A program made the translations under genes and the position numbers. The notes below the pieces were generated by a model. That model saw only the letters and a list, made by a program, of their open reading frames with translations. It was not told the DNA's origin and did no database searches. Source: a virus. Taken from it: a DNA stretch of 64,000 bases. Location: the IMG/VR virus record IMGVR_UViG_3300036770_005214, positions 1-64,000 of that record; one strand, given 5' to 3'. Positions 36,977 to 45,978 of the stretch are shown here, in pieces. Every line of letters starts with the position of its first letter. Positions within the stretch are counted from its first letter, which is position 1.

Positions 36977-37914
36977 TCTTCAACGCCGAGGCGCTTCAGA
37001 CTGCGCGGTCGGCGGAGGACGACACGCGGGCCCGGCCTGTCGAGCCGTCCTTCGAGCCGCGGGGCTTGTTGCTCATCGACACGGGTCCGTCCCGCGCCGG
37101 TGCGCACCAGATGGAGACGTTTGAGATCTGCCCCCGCATGTTCCGCCTCATTCAAGAGGCGCGTTCGGAGGTGCAGGTCGCGGGGCAGTTGCCGGCCACC
37201 TTCTACCTCGACCGGGGCTCGCTGGTTCACATCGGGCTCGCGCACTACCACGCCCAGCGGGCCATCCGGGAGCAAGGGGTTGTCCGGGTGGGCGACGATC
37301 AGGTGCGCGACCCGGCAGCGATGTACGACCCCCTGGAAGCGGTCCACGTCGCGGCGCACGCGAGCACCGAGCGCAAGGCCACGCTCCGCGAGAGCGAGAT
37401 GCTGGTGCGGCGGTATATCGAGTGGTCGGAAGGGGCTGGGCCTATCCCGTGGCAGGTGCTCGGCATCGAGGTGGAGCTAGGCATCATGCTGACGCCGAGC
37501 GAGCTATACACGGCGCGGGTCGATATGCTGGTCCGCGACCGCACAACGGGGCGAATCCTGGTGGTTGACCACAAGACCGCCTACAACCCCGCGGACGCGC
37601 CAACGATGTACGGGCACTCGTGGCAGATGCTCGGCATCCAGGAGATCGGGCGGGAGCGGTTCGGCGACAAGTGGGGCGGGGTCGTGCTCAACTGCATCGC
37701 GTCGTCTCGCGAGCCGAAGAAGCTGGTCGTGCGGGCGCCGCCCTCGGTGGCCCCGGTCCTCGCAGGTCGGTGGCGCGAGATGGCCATCGCCCGGCGTGCA
37801 GAGTTGCGGGCCGCGCAAGCGGCGGACCTCGCGGACGTCCCCTTTCGCCTGTCGTCGTGTTGGCGGCCTCGCGAGGGTCTGTGTCCTGTCTACAAGGCAT
37901 GTGGTGTGCGATGA
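36973..37914 (+). CDS. PD-(D/E)XK Cas4/RecB-like nuclease
   Basis: CPR, GSLVH, E...ARVDML...VVDHKT and C-terminal C...CPVYKAC Fe-S-type cysteines. GTG start is coupled. Confidence 0.85.
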   Translation: MIFNAEALQTARSAEDDTRARPVEPSFEPRGLLLIDTGPSRAGAHQMETFEICPRMFRLIQEARSEVQVAGQLPATFYLDRGSLVHIGLAHYHAQRAIREQGVVRVGDDQVRDPAAMYDPLEAVHVAAHASTERKATLRESEMLVRRYIEWSEGAGPIPWQVLGIEVELGIMLTPSELYTARVDMLVRDRTTGRILVVDHKTAYNPADAPTMYGHSWQMLGIQEIGRERFGDKWGGVVLNCIASSREPKKLVVRAPPSVAPVLAGRWREMAIARRAELRAAQAADLADVPFRLSSCWRPREGLCPVYKACGVR

Positions 37915-39095
37915 CGTGGCAGCGCGGACTGGTCAGTATCTCCCGAGCCGTCGAGGAGTTGAACCTCGGGCTGATCGAGCGCAAGCGCGAGGTCTACCTG
38001 TCGATGGTGGCCTTGGTCGCACGCCAACACCTCTTCCTGCTCGGCCCTCCGGGTACGGGCAAGAGCTTTGTGGCACGGAAGGTCGGGCAGGCGACCGGCG
38101 GGCCCTTCTATGAGATCTTGCTTACCAAGTTCACCACGCCGGATGAAGTCTTCGGACCCATCAGCGTGAAGGGGCTTATCGAGCGCGAGACCTATGAGCG
38201 GAAGGTGGACGGCTACCTGCCGACGGCGCGGGTCGCGTTCACCGACGAGATCTGGAAGGCCTCGTCTGCCATCTTGAACAACCTGCTCACCATCATCAAC
38301 GAACGGGTATTCGACAACGGCGGCCGGCGCATCGCGGTCCCGCTCGACACGGTGATCGCAGCCTCGAACGAGCTACCCGAGGATGACACGCTGTCGGCGC
38401 TCTATGACCGCTTCCTGCTCCGCCACGAGGTAGCGCCCGTATCGAACCCCATCCAACTCCTCTCCCCCCTTCCCGAGGTCGCCCCGAAGATCGACCACCT
38501 GGGCGACGTGCAGGAAGCGGCCCGGCACGTCACGCTCCCGAGCAACGTCCAGGGGGCGATGGTCGCGCTGAAAGGGGTGCTGGCGAAGAAGGGGATTGAG
38601 ATCGGCGACCGGCGGTTTCAGCAGTCCGCCCGGCTCGTGCAGGCGACCGCGTTGCTCGACGGGGGCAAGATGGTCGCGGGGCCCGAGCACCTGCGCATCC
38701 TGACGGCCTGCTACTGGGAGACGCCCGACCAGATACCGGCCGTCGAGACGGAAGTGCTGCGGGCGATCGGCCCCGGCATCCCCTTGGCGAGCGGGCAGCG
38801 GGCAGCGCCGGCCCAGAACCGCGCACCGGCGGGCCCTTCGGCGCTCGCGCAGGTCATCGCAGGCGAGCCGATGGCGACCACCATCGCCATGGCCATGCGG
38901 GGCATGAATCAGGGCGCCATTGACCTGTTGCGCGACCACGCCCTGCACCTGCGGATCGACAAGATGCTGACGCAGCCCCAGGTGACCGAAGCGGCGACGC
39001 CGGTCAAGAACATCGTCGACCAAGCGCAGAACTGGAAGACGAGCATCCAGGGCCACATCGCCAACACACCGGGGGCGTCGTGGGGCCCGCCCTAA
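37911..39095 (+). CDS. ravA: MoxR-type AAA+ ATPase, RavA-like
   Basis: GPPGTGKS, LLTKFTTPDEVFGP, DEIWKASSAILNNLL, ASNELP and LYDRF. Confidence 0.9.
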   Translation: MTWQRGLVSISRAVEELNLGLIERKREVYLSMVALVARQHLFLLGPPGTGKSFVARKVGQATGGPFYEILLTKFTTPDEVFGPISVKGLIERETYERKVDGYLPTARVAFTDEIWKASSAILNNLLTIINERVFDNGGRRIAVPLDTVIAASNELPEDDTLSALYDRFLLRHEVAPVSNPIQLLSPLPEVAPKIDHLGDVQEAARHVTLPSNVQGAMVALKGVLAKKGIEIGDRRFQQSARLVQATALLDGGKMVAGPEHLRILTACYWETPDQIPAVETEVLRAIGPGIPLASGQRAAPAQNRAPAGPSALAQVIAGEPMATTIAMAMRGMNQGAIDLLRDHALHLRIDKMLTQPQVTEAATPVKNIVDQAQNWKTSIQGHIANTPGASWGPP

Positions 39096-40519
39096 CGCCG
39101 CTGCGTGTCCCTTACCGGCTCCCGCTCCCCGACCGGCCCATCCTGGCGGCGGAGGGGCCGGCTGTCGACGACCTCTACGTCCCACCGCTCGACGTGCCCC
39201 CGAACCTGCCCGAGCCGTTGGTGCGGCAGGTCGAGCGCGACCTCTTGCACATCGTCTATCGGGACGGCGGCGGTCACCCGGGCTGGGCCATCCCCGACGA
39301 GGTAGAGCAGCTATGCGAGGGCTTCGCGGGCCGCTGGGAAGAGGCGTGCTCGGAGGGCGGCAAGCTCGAAGACCTCTTGAGCCGCTTGTGGCTTCAACCC
39401 GCCGAACCAACCTGGAATGGACTCCCCTATGACCCACGAGACGACCTTCGAGATCTGGCTGCGCATCTGTTGGGCATGGACGGTGGTGGCGGGGGCGGCG
39501 GCGGCGCTGGCGCTGGTGGCGGGGGCGAAGGGTCTGACGCGGAGGGGGAGGACCAAGAAGCGGAAGGGATGGCGCCTCTTGGCACGGGCGAGGAGACGGA
39601 TGGAGATCCGAAGGATGCGGAGCGGCGCGAAACGCTAGCGAAGCTGCTCCCGGACCTGCGACACCTGGGCTCGTCTGCGCTCGACGCGACGATGGACGAG
39701 GCCCAGCTACGGAAGCTGGCGGATGACCTCGACCGCGATCCGCACCTGCGGCGGATGCTCGACCTCATCGGCCGCGTCTCGTCGTCGGCGTGGATGCCGG
39801 CGAAGCGTCAGCCGTCCGGGGCGCGGGAGGATGTGCGGGACCTGGAGCAAGGGGCGGACCTCTCCCGGCTCATCCCGATCGAGTACGCACGCTTCGCGAC
39901 CCCTCTTGCCCCCTTCGCCTACGTCGACTTTGTGGAGCGCCGGCTGCTTCAGCTTCGGGTGGACGGCTCGGAGCCGAAGGGGCGCGGACCCATCGTGGCG
40001 GCGATTGACCTCTCGGGCTCTATGTCGATGGACGTGTTGAACCTCTCGGGCATGACGAAGCCGATTGACGTGGCGAAGGTGCTGGCGGTGGCGCTCGTGA
40101 AGATCGCGAGCGTGCAGCGAAGGGGCATCCACATCATCGGGTTCGATACGCGGGTGCTGTGGGAGACGGGGGCGCGGAAAGGGACGGGCAACTATCTGAA
40201 GGTCATCGAGCAGATCATGGGCGCCCGGGTGGTCGGCGGGACCGACTTCACCGCGCCTGTCTTGCGGATGCTCTCGCAGGTGCGGGGGGACATGCGCGAG
40301 GCCGACTTGCTGATGATCACCGACGGGGACGCGCACCTCGCCGACCACGCGCAGTCGGAGCTACGCCACGAGCAGCGTCGGAAGGGCACGCGATTGTTCT
40401 CCCTGTTGATTGGCAACGGGGCGCAGGGGAGCGTGCTGACCACCTTGTCCGACGCCGCGATCCCGTTGCGATCGTTTGACGACTTGGAGCGTATCGGGCG
40501 GGAAATCGCGAAGCGATAG
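39080..40519 (+). CDS. viaA: ViaA-like vWA protein
   Basis: DLSRLIPIE...LLQ...GPIVAAIDLSGSM...GGTDF...DLLMITDG. Directly follows the RavA-like gene. Confidence 0.85.
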   Translation: MGPALTPLRVPYRLPLPDRPILAAEGPAVDDLYVPPLDVPPNLPEPLVRQVERDLLHIVYRDGGGHPGWAIPDEVEQLCEGFAGRWEEACSEGGKLEDLLSRLWLQPAEPTWNGLPYDPRDDLRDLAAHLLGMDGGGGGGGGAGAGGGGEGSDAEGEDQEAEGMAPLGTGEETDGDPKDAERRETLAKLLPDLRHLGSSALDATMDEAQLRKLADDLDRDPHLRRMLDLIGRVSSSAWMPAKRQPSGAREDVRDLEQGADLSRLIPIEYARFATPLAPFAYVDFVERRLLQLRVDGSEPKGRGPIVAAIDLSGSMSMDVLNLSGMTKPIDVAKVLAVALVKIASVQRRGIHIIGFDTRVLWETGARKGTGNYLKVIEQIMGARVVGGTDFTAPVLRMLSQVRGDMREADLLMITDGDAHLADHAQSELRHEQRRKGTRLFSLLIGNGAQGSVLTTLSDAAIPLRSFDDLERIGREIAKR

Positions 40520-40617
40520 CGGCTTGGTATTCCCCGACTTGATCTTTCTTCCTTGCAGGCCTGTGCCCCCTGGGCTACACAAAGGCCACCAACACGTTCC
40601 TTGCCTGGGGAACACGA

Positions 40618-41667
40618 ATGACGACGACCGCTGACTTGCGGGTAGCCCGTGTGCTGTCCGCGGCTGGTATCTGGGGTGTCTATGGACCTCCCGGTGCCGG
40701 CAAAACGATTGATGGGATCCGCGCCTTCCCCGAAGGGGGATGGGTCGGAGACGAGTTGGATATGCGGTCTGCCGCAGCCCACCTCGGCTGGCTTCCAAAG
40801 GAGATCAAGACGGGGGAGTACACCTTCGTCGACCTCTTCAAGATCATGGATGAGTGGTTTCCGGGGGAGAAGAACCCGAAGGGGCTGACCGCGTTCTGCG
40901 TGGACGAGTTGAACAGCATGGTCACCCGTGCGCTCAATCGCTTCACCTTGAACGGCAAGCCCGTGAAGGACATCCGCCTCGCCCACCTGCACCTGGGCCC
41001 GAAGCTGGTTGAACTGTTTGACCGCTTCCGGCGCTTGAACCACGCGGGCATCCACGTCTACTGGAACGGGCATCTCCTCCGCCCGGTCTATGAGCAGGTC
41101 AAGCAAGGCGACGGCAGCTTTGTCGACGGCGAGCTAGACCGCGAGGGCGGCGCCGACTTCCCCGCCTCCATGCTCAAGACGGTGAGCAAGCGCAGCGATG
41201 GCTTGCTCCGCATCGACACGGACCCCACGCGGGCCATGCAGAAGCACCGTCCGTTCTCCTACTACGGCAACCATTCGCCCGAACTGGTGAACTCGACGGA
41301 CTACTACCAGAAGGATCGCCTCGGCGTCGTGGCGGTTCCGGCTCCGGTCAACCTCGCGGAGGTGCTGCGCAGCCGGGGCATCCGGGTGCCTCGCCCTCGC
41401 GTGCCGGTCTCGGGCATGGAAGGGGCGCCGACCGTCGAAGAGTACCTGGAGCCTCGGATCGCGCACTTCGCGCAGCGTGGGGCCTCCGAGTTTGATGGGA
41501 AGGGAGTCGAGACGGAGTTTGTGCGTCTCCTCCTCTCCGAGCAGCAGCAGTACGGCATCGCAGACGCCGTGGTGCTGTGGGGTATCGAGGACTTCCGAGC
41601 ACGAGTCGAGTTGGCGAAGTCGCAGACCCTCGCCGCACGTCTCGCCTCCATGGGTATCCACGTTTGA
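40618..41667 (+). CDS. AAA_24/Sak4-like P-loop ATPase
   Basis: YGPPGAGKT, CVDEL and KDR motif. Sits next to the SSB-like gene. Confidence 0.7.
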   Translation: MTTTADLRVARVLSAAGIWGVYGPPGAGKTIDGIRAFPEGGWVGDELDMRSAAAHLGWLPKEIKTGEYTFVDLFKIMDEWFPGEKNPKGLTAFCVDELNSMVTRALNRFTLNGKPVKDIRLAHLHLGPKLVELFDRFRRLNHAGIHVYWNGHLLRPVYEQVKQGDGSFVDGELDREGGADFPASMLKTVSKRSDGLLRIDTDPTRAMQKHRPFSYYGNHSPELVNSTDYYQKDRLGVVAVPAPVNLAEVLRSRGIRVPRPRVPVSGMEGAPTVEEYLEPRIAHFAQRGASEFDGKGVETEFVRLLLSEQQQYGIADAVVLWGIEDFRARVELAKSQTLAARLASMGIHV

Positions 41668-41737
41668 TCTACCGCCCGAGTGGCCCGCGCGTGCCGGTTG
41701 CACGTTTGCCTGAAAACACCAACGGAAGAGAACAACC

Positions 41738-42502
41738 ATGATCCACAACTTCGCAGAACTCGCAAAGGCCAACTCCAGCCGCGACACCTCCTACTCGCCT
41801 CCGCAGAAGGGCTACTACATGGCCCGCATCGTGAAGCAGGGTGAGGACGTCACGGAGCCGGACGGAACCATCTCGCGGTTCAAGGCCTTCTTCGAGATCG
41901 ATGCGGCTCACCGCTACGCCGGTGACCCCTCTGCCTCCATCACCAAGTCGGTGCCTTACCACGTCGAGGAAGGGCGCTCCTCCATCCTCAAGAAGATGTT
42001 TCAGATCAAGCACCGCATCTCCGAAGAGGAGTTGAACGCCCGCCTCGCGGCTGGTCAGTTTAGCAGCGTCGACCCCTGCCTCTACTTCGTCGGCGACGTG
42101 TTCCCGATCTACTGGGGCCCCGGTGAGGGCGGCACCTCGGTCGGGGCGGACGGCAAGGAGCGGAAGTGGGACGACTTCCGCATCATCGACGTCAACTCGT
42201 GGATGGCGCAGCGTGACGAGTTTCTGAAGCAGAACCCGAAGCTCCGCGAGAAGCTGCCGAACGGCGGCGTCCTCCAGGGGATGCCGATGCCGGCCGCTCC
42301 CGTCCAGCAGCAGGCGGCCCCGGCCCAGCAGGGCGGGTTCCAGCAGCAGGGTGGGTTCCAGGCCCAGGGCGGCTTCCCGACCCAGCAGGGCGGTTTCCCC
42401 CAGCAGGGTGGGTTCCCGGCCCAGCAGCAGGGCGGTTTCCCCCAGGGTGGTTTCCCGCAGCAGGGCGGATTCCCCCAGGGCGGCGGCTTCCCCCAGGGCT
42501 GA
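41738..42502 (+). CDS. Putative single-stranded DNA-binding protein with QQGGFP-repeat tail
   Basis: PPQKGYYMARIV OB-like start, position between the Sak4-like gene and the polymerase, and a disordered Q/G/F/P tail. Confidence 0.6.
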   Translation: MIHNFAELAKANSSRDTSYSPPQKGYYMARIVKQGEDVTEPDGTISRFKAFFEIDAAHRYAGDPSASITKSVPYHVEEGRSSILKKMFQIKHRISEEELNARLAAGQFSSVDPCLYFVGDVFPIYWGPGEGGTSVGADGKERKWDDFRIIDVNSWMAQRDEFLKQNPKLREKLPNGGVLQGMPMPAAPVQQQAAPAQQGGFQQQGGFQAQGGFPTQQGGFPQQGGFPAQQQGGFPQGGFPQQGGFPQGGGFPQG

Positions 42503-42509
42503 TGTGACC

Positions 42510-42538
42510 GACGCCCCCGGCGCGTAGTCGGGGGCGTC
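42510..42538 (+). terminator. Hairpin after the SSB-like gene
   Basis: GACGCCCCCGGC / GTCGGGGGCGTC stem followed by a pyrimidine-rich tail. Confidence 0.55.
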
Positions 42539-42628
42539 CTCTCGCACCTTTCCGGTGCGGGCTCTACTCTGGCGGGCGCGGTAGCCGAACTGGTTGCAGG
42601 GCCCGCACTTTGCGTTTCGGAGGGCGGC

Positions 42629-45532
42629 TTGGGCTACGCGGATGACTACCCAGACGACAACGAGGTCGTTCTGGAGCGGCCGACGCAAGGACAAGCCTTT
42701 GACCCCCGGACGCTCGGATGCCGATGCGACGCTTGCCCCCTCGGGCAGCGGCTTCGGCGTGACTTCACCTGGGTTCCGGTCCCCCCGGAGCGGCGCACGC
42801 GGACGGGGCGCCTCGGGCGGATGACGGCCGTCTCCACCTTCCCCGGCGGCGGCGAGACGATGCTACTGCGCCCGTTGATTGGGCCCGCCGGCCAGCGGTG
42901 GATGCAGGCGATGGGGGCCCAGCGGGTGCCCCGCGAGGAGGTCACGATCACGAACCTCCTCCTCTGCCGGCCGCCCGGCGACGACCTGCGGGCCTTCACG
43001 GCGCAGACCCGGCGGGACTGGAAGCGGGACGTCAAGCGGTGGAAGCGGGCCGGCAGCATAGGCGACGCGCCCCCCGAACCCCTCGACCCCATCGAAGCCT
43101 GCGCCCCGCACCTGTGGGGCATCCTGTGGACGGACACCGACCACCTGCTCCCGATGGGGAGCGAGGCGGCGAACGTCATGCTCAATGCGAACAAGTCGAT
43201 CGACAAGCTACGCGGCGGATTCTATGAGGTCATCCTCGTCCGCGATCCGTCGGGCAAAGTGGCGAGCTTCCGGCGGGGGGAGGCGACCGAACATCTGCTC
43301 ACGAGCGGCTATGAGGCGCGGGTGGTCAAGGTGGCGCCCACCATCTCTCCCGCCCAGCCGATCCACGACCCGACCTACAACCGGGTGCTGTGGCGGGACA
43401 TTGACCGGGCGGCGCGGTGGTGGACCGATTCGCTCCGCTGGCCGATCGAGAACCGCCTGCTCTCCACCTACCCGCCGGCGGCCCTCGTGGCGGACTTTCT
43501 CTCCCGCCCCGGCCCCTTCGCCTTCGACATCGAGACGACCAAGCATGGGCCCCTGCACTCGACGCTCCGGTGCATCGGGATCTACGATATGGCGAACAGC
43601 GAAGGGCTTGTCATCCCCTGGGAGTCGCTGGATGGCAAGGTCGGGCTCTACACGGGCGAGCGCCGCTACGGCTGGCGCCTCATGGAGCACGGCGACGGCG
43701 AGTACATGGAGGGGCACTACAGCCCCGCGGACGCCGCCACCATCATTCACAGCCTGCGGAACTGGCTGACCGGTCGGATGTGGGGGCGGCCGGTGGAACT
43801 GGTCGGCCACAACGCCATCCTCTTCGACCTCTCCATCTTGGAGCGGGTGCTCGGGTTGCTCCGCGAGCCGTCCTACCTCGCGCACCCTGACCCCATCTTC
43901 GTCTACGACGGCATCTTCCTGGCCCGGTGCGAGGACTCGGAACTCGACCGCTCGCTGTACCTGCGGGGCACGCTGGAGGTCGACGTGCCGGACTGGAAGG
44001 GGGGCGGCGAAGAAGACGAGGACATTCGCGTCTCGCCCCGCACCTACGAGCAACTGGCGACCTACAACCATACGGACAACCTTGTCACCGCCGAGACCGC
44101 GAAACGGCTGTGGCCTCGCGTGGTGAACCGGCGTCAGGCGGAGGTCTTCGACTTCGACCGGCGGGCGGCCCGCGTGGCCCGCGAGATGACGCATCTGGGG
44201 CTTCGGGTCAACCAGAGCGTGCGGGAGCGGTTGGAGCGGGAGTACGTCGAGAAGATCAAGGCGAGCCGGGAGAAGATTGCAAAGCTCGTTGGGCGGGCGG
44301 ACTTCAACCCCGCGTCGACCTTGCAACTCGGCGAACTCCTCTATGAGGAGATGGGTCTACCCATCGTGCGCTACACCGATACGCACGCCCCGAGCACCGA
44401 CGACGACACGCTACGCGACCTGATGCAGCACACGTCCGGCGACCAGCGCGAGCTACTGGCGGCCATCCGACACGACCGCCAACTGAACAAGATGCTGGGC
44501 ACGAGCATCCTGCCCCTGCGCCCCTGGAATGACCTGCGCGAGGGGAGCAGCGGCAAAGCGGTCGGGGGGCTCGTTGGCCCTGATGGCCGCGTCCACCCCC
44601 AGTACCCCATCTTCGTTCCGGCGACGGGCCGCTTCTCCAGTAAGAACCCGAACTCGCAGAACTACCCCGCATCGCTCCGCGTCATGTTCGAGCCGGAAGA
44701 CGGGCACGTCTACCTGATGGCGGACTTCGACCAGATCGAACTGCGCCTGTTCGCAGCCCTGGCCGGGGTCCGCGGCTACCTCGACGTGTTCGACCAGGGC
44801 GGCGACCCGCACGCCATCACGGCGATCCTCATCTACCAGGAAGCGTTCCGAAAGGAACTCATCGCCGGTATGTCGCCCGAGCAGCGGGAGCGGTACGAGC
44901 GCACCAAGGTCCCCGACAAGGTGAAGGGGAGCAAGAAGTACAACCTCCTGCGGACCTTCGCCAAGACGTTCGTCTACTGCGTCATCTATGGCGGGACCGA
45001 CGACACGGTGTACCTCTCGGTCTCGTCGGCGACCGACCCCGAGACGGGGGCGCTGTTGTTCCCCGATATGACCCGCCGCGAGGTGACGGCCGCTTACAAC
45101 GCGTTCCTGCGCAACGCCCCGGAGATCACTGGTTACTGGCGCAAGCTAGAGCAGTTTGGGCAGGAAAACCGCTTCATCTCCGAGCCCGTCATGGGTCGGC
45201 GGCGGGACTTCCCCGAGTACGACCGCAACGGCATCTTGAACCATCCGATCCAGGGCGCCGCCGCCGTCATCGCGACCCGCGGCCTCTTGTCGCTGCGCGA
45301 ATACTTCATCCCCGACTTCGACCGGCGCACGGGCATCGTGAACCAGATGCACGACGCGTACACCATCGAGGTCCCGGAGAGCATCGCCCTGGAAGCGAAG
45401 GCGGCGATGGAAGAGCGGGTCAATATGCGCTTCGAGCAGGTTCCGGGGATGCTGTTCTCGGCGGAAGCGGATGTGTGCGTGAACTGGAGAGCGAAGGAGA
45501 AATCGGACTTCTGGAAGCCTCCGGTGGGGTGA
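42629..45532 (+). CDS. polA: Family A DNA polymerase with N-terminal UDG-like domain and 3'-5' exonuclease
   Basis: UDG-like CDACPL...IGPAG...TNLLLCRPP. Exonuclease FDIETT, GHNAILFD and YNHTD. Polymerase motifs A (DFDQIELR), B (RTFAKTFVYCVIYG) and C (MHDA). Start codon uncertain. Confidence 0.92.
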   Translation: MGYADDYPDDNEVVLERPTQGQAFDPRTLGCRCDACPLGQRLRRDFTWVPVPPERRTRTGRLGRMTAVSTFPGGGETMLLRPLIGPAGQRWMQAMGAQRVPREEVTITNLLLCRPPGDDLRAFTAQTRRDWKRDVKRWKRAGSIGDAPPEPLDPIEACAPHLWGILWTDTDHLLPMGSEAANVMLNANKSIDKLRGGFYEVILVRDPSGKVASFRRGEATEHLLTSGYEARVVKVAPTISPAQPIHDPTYNRVLWRDIDRAARWWTDSLRWPIENRLLSTYPPAALVADFLSRPGPFAFDIETTKHGPLHSTLRCIGIYDMANSEGLVIPWESLDGKVGLYTGERRYGWRLMEHGDGEYMEGHYSPADAATIIHSLRNWLTGRMWGRPVELVGHNAILFDLSILERVLGLLREPSYLAHPDPIFVYDGIFLARCEDSELDRSLYLRGTLEVDVPDWKGGGEEDEDIRVSPRTYEQLATYNHTDNLVTAETAKRLWPRVVNRRQAEVFDFDRRAARVAREMTHLGLRVNQSVRERLEREYVEKIKASREKIAKLVGRADFNPASTLQLGELLYEEMGLPIVRYTDTHAPSTDDDTLRDLMQHTSGDQRELLAAIRHDRQLNKMLGTSILPLRPWNDLREGSSGKAVGGLVGPDGRVHPQYPIFVPATGRFSSKNPNSQNYPASLRVMFEPEDGHVYLMADFDQIELRLFAALAGVRGYLDVFDQGGDPHAITAILIYQEAFRKELIAGMSPEQRERYERTKVPDKVKGSKKYNLLRTFAKTFVYCVIYGGTDDTVYLSVSSATDPETGALLFPDMTRREVTAAYNAFLRNAPEITGYWRKLEQFGQENRFISEPVMGRRRDFPEYDRNGILNHPIQGAAAVIATRGLLSLREYFIPDFDRRTGIVNQMHDAYTIEVPESIALEAKAAMEERVNMRFEQVPGMLFSAEADVCVNWRAKEKSDFWKPPVG

Positions 45533-45584
45533 GTGGCGGCCGGTAGCCCATCGGGTTACACTCGCGACAAGTGGAGGAACGATC

Positions 45585-45920
45585 ATGGAAGCCACGACCC
45601 GCACCCCGGAGGCCTCTCCGCCTGTCGGCGTTCGTATGTCAGCCCGTGACCGGTCGACAATCTTGGAAGCGGCAAAGCACTCCTTCCAGCCCGTGTCGGA
45701 TTGGGCGGTGGATGCGATCGACTATGTGCTGCGCAACGGCTTCCCGAGCATCGCCGAGCGCCCAGACGAGAAGAACCTGACGGACCGGGTGGCGGTGCGC
45801 CTGCCCGACGAGTTGGAGACGCGTATCGAGTCTGCTCGCGGGCCGGCGACTGCACGGTCTTGGATCCGCATGGCGCTTGTGCTCCGGGCCCACCAAATCC
45901 TGCAAGCCCGCGTCGCCTGA
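45585..45920 (+). CDS. Tandem ribbon-helix-helix regulator
   Basis: Two RHH-like units (VGVRMSARDRSTILEAA and VAVRLPDELETRIESAR...SWIRMAL). GGAGG RBS. Confidence 0.65.
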   Translation: MEATTRTPEASPPVGVRMSARDRSTILEAAKHSFQPVSDWAVDAIDYVLRNGFPSIAERPDEKNLTDRVAVRLPDELETRIESARGPATARSWIRMALVLRAHQILQARVA

Positions 45921-45978
45921 TAGACAGGGGTCCCCACCCCTGATACCCCTTCCGGGAGACTTACGGGAAGGTGCCTCC

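Noticed and set aside
36973-37914. Cas4-like nuclease as evidence of a CRISPR system
   Set aside because: Solo Cas4/RecB-like exonucleases are common in phage recombination modules, and no array or other cas gene is present.
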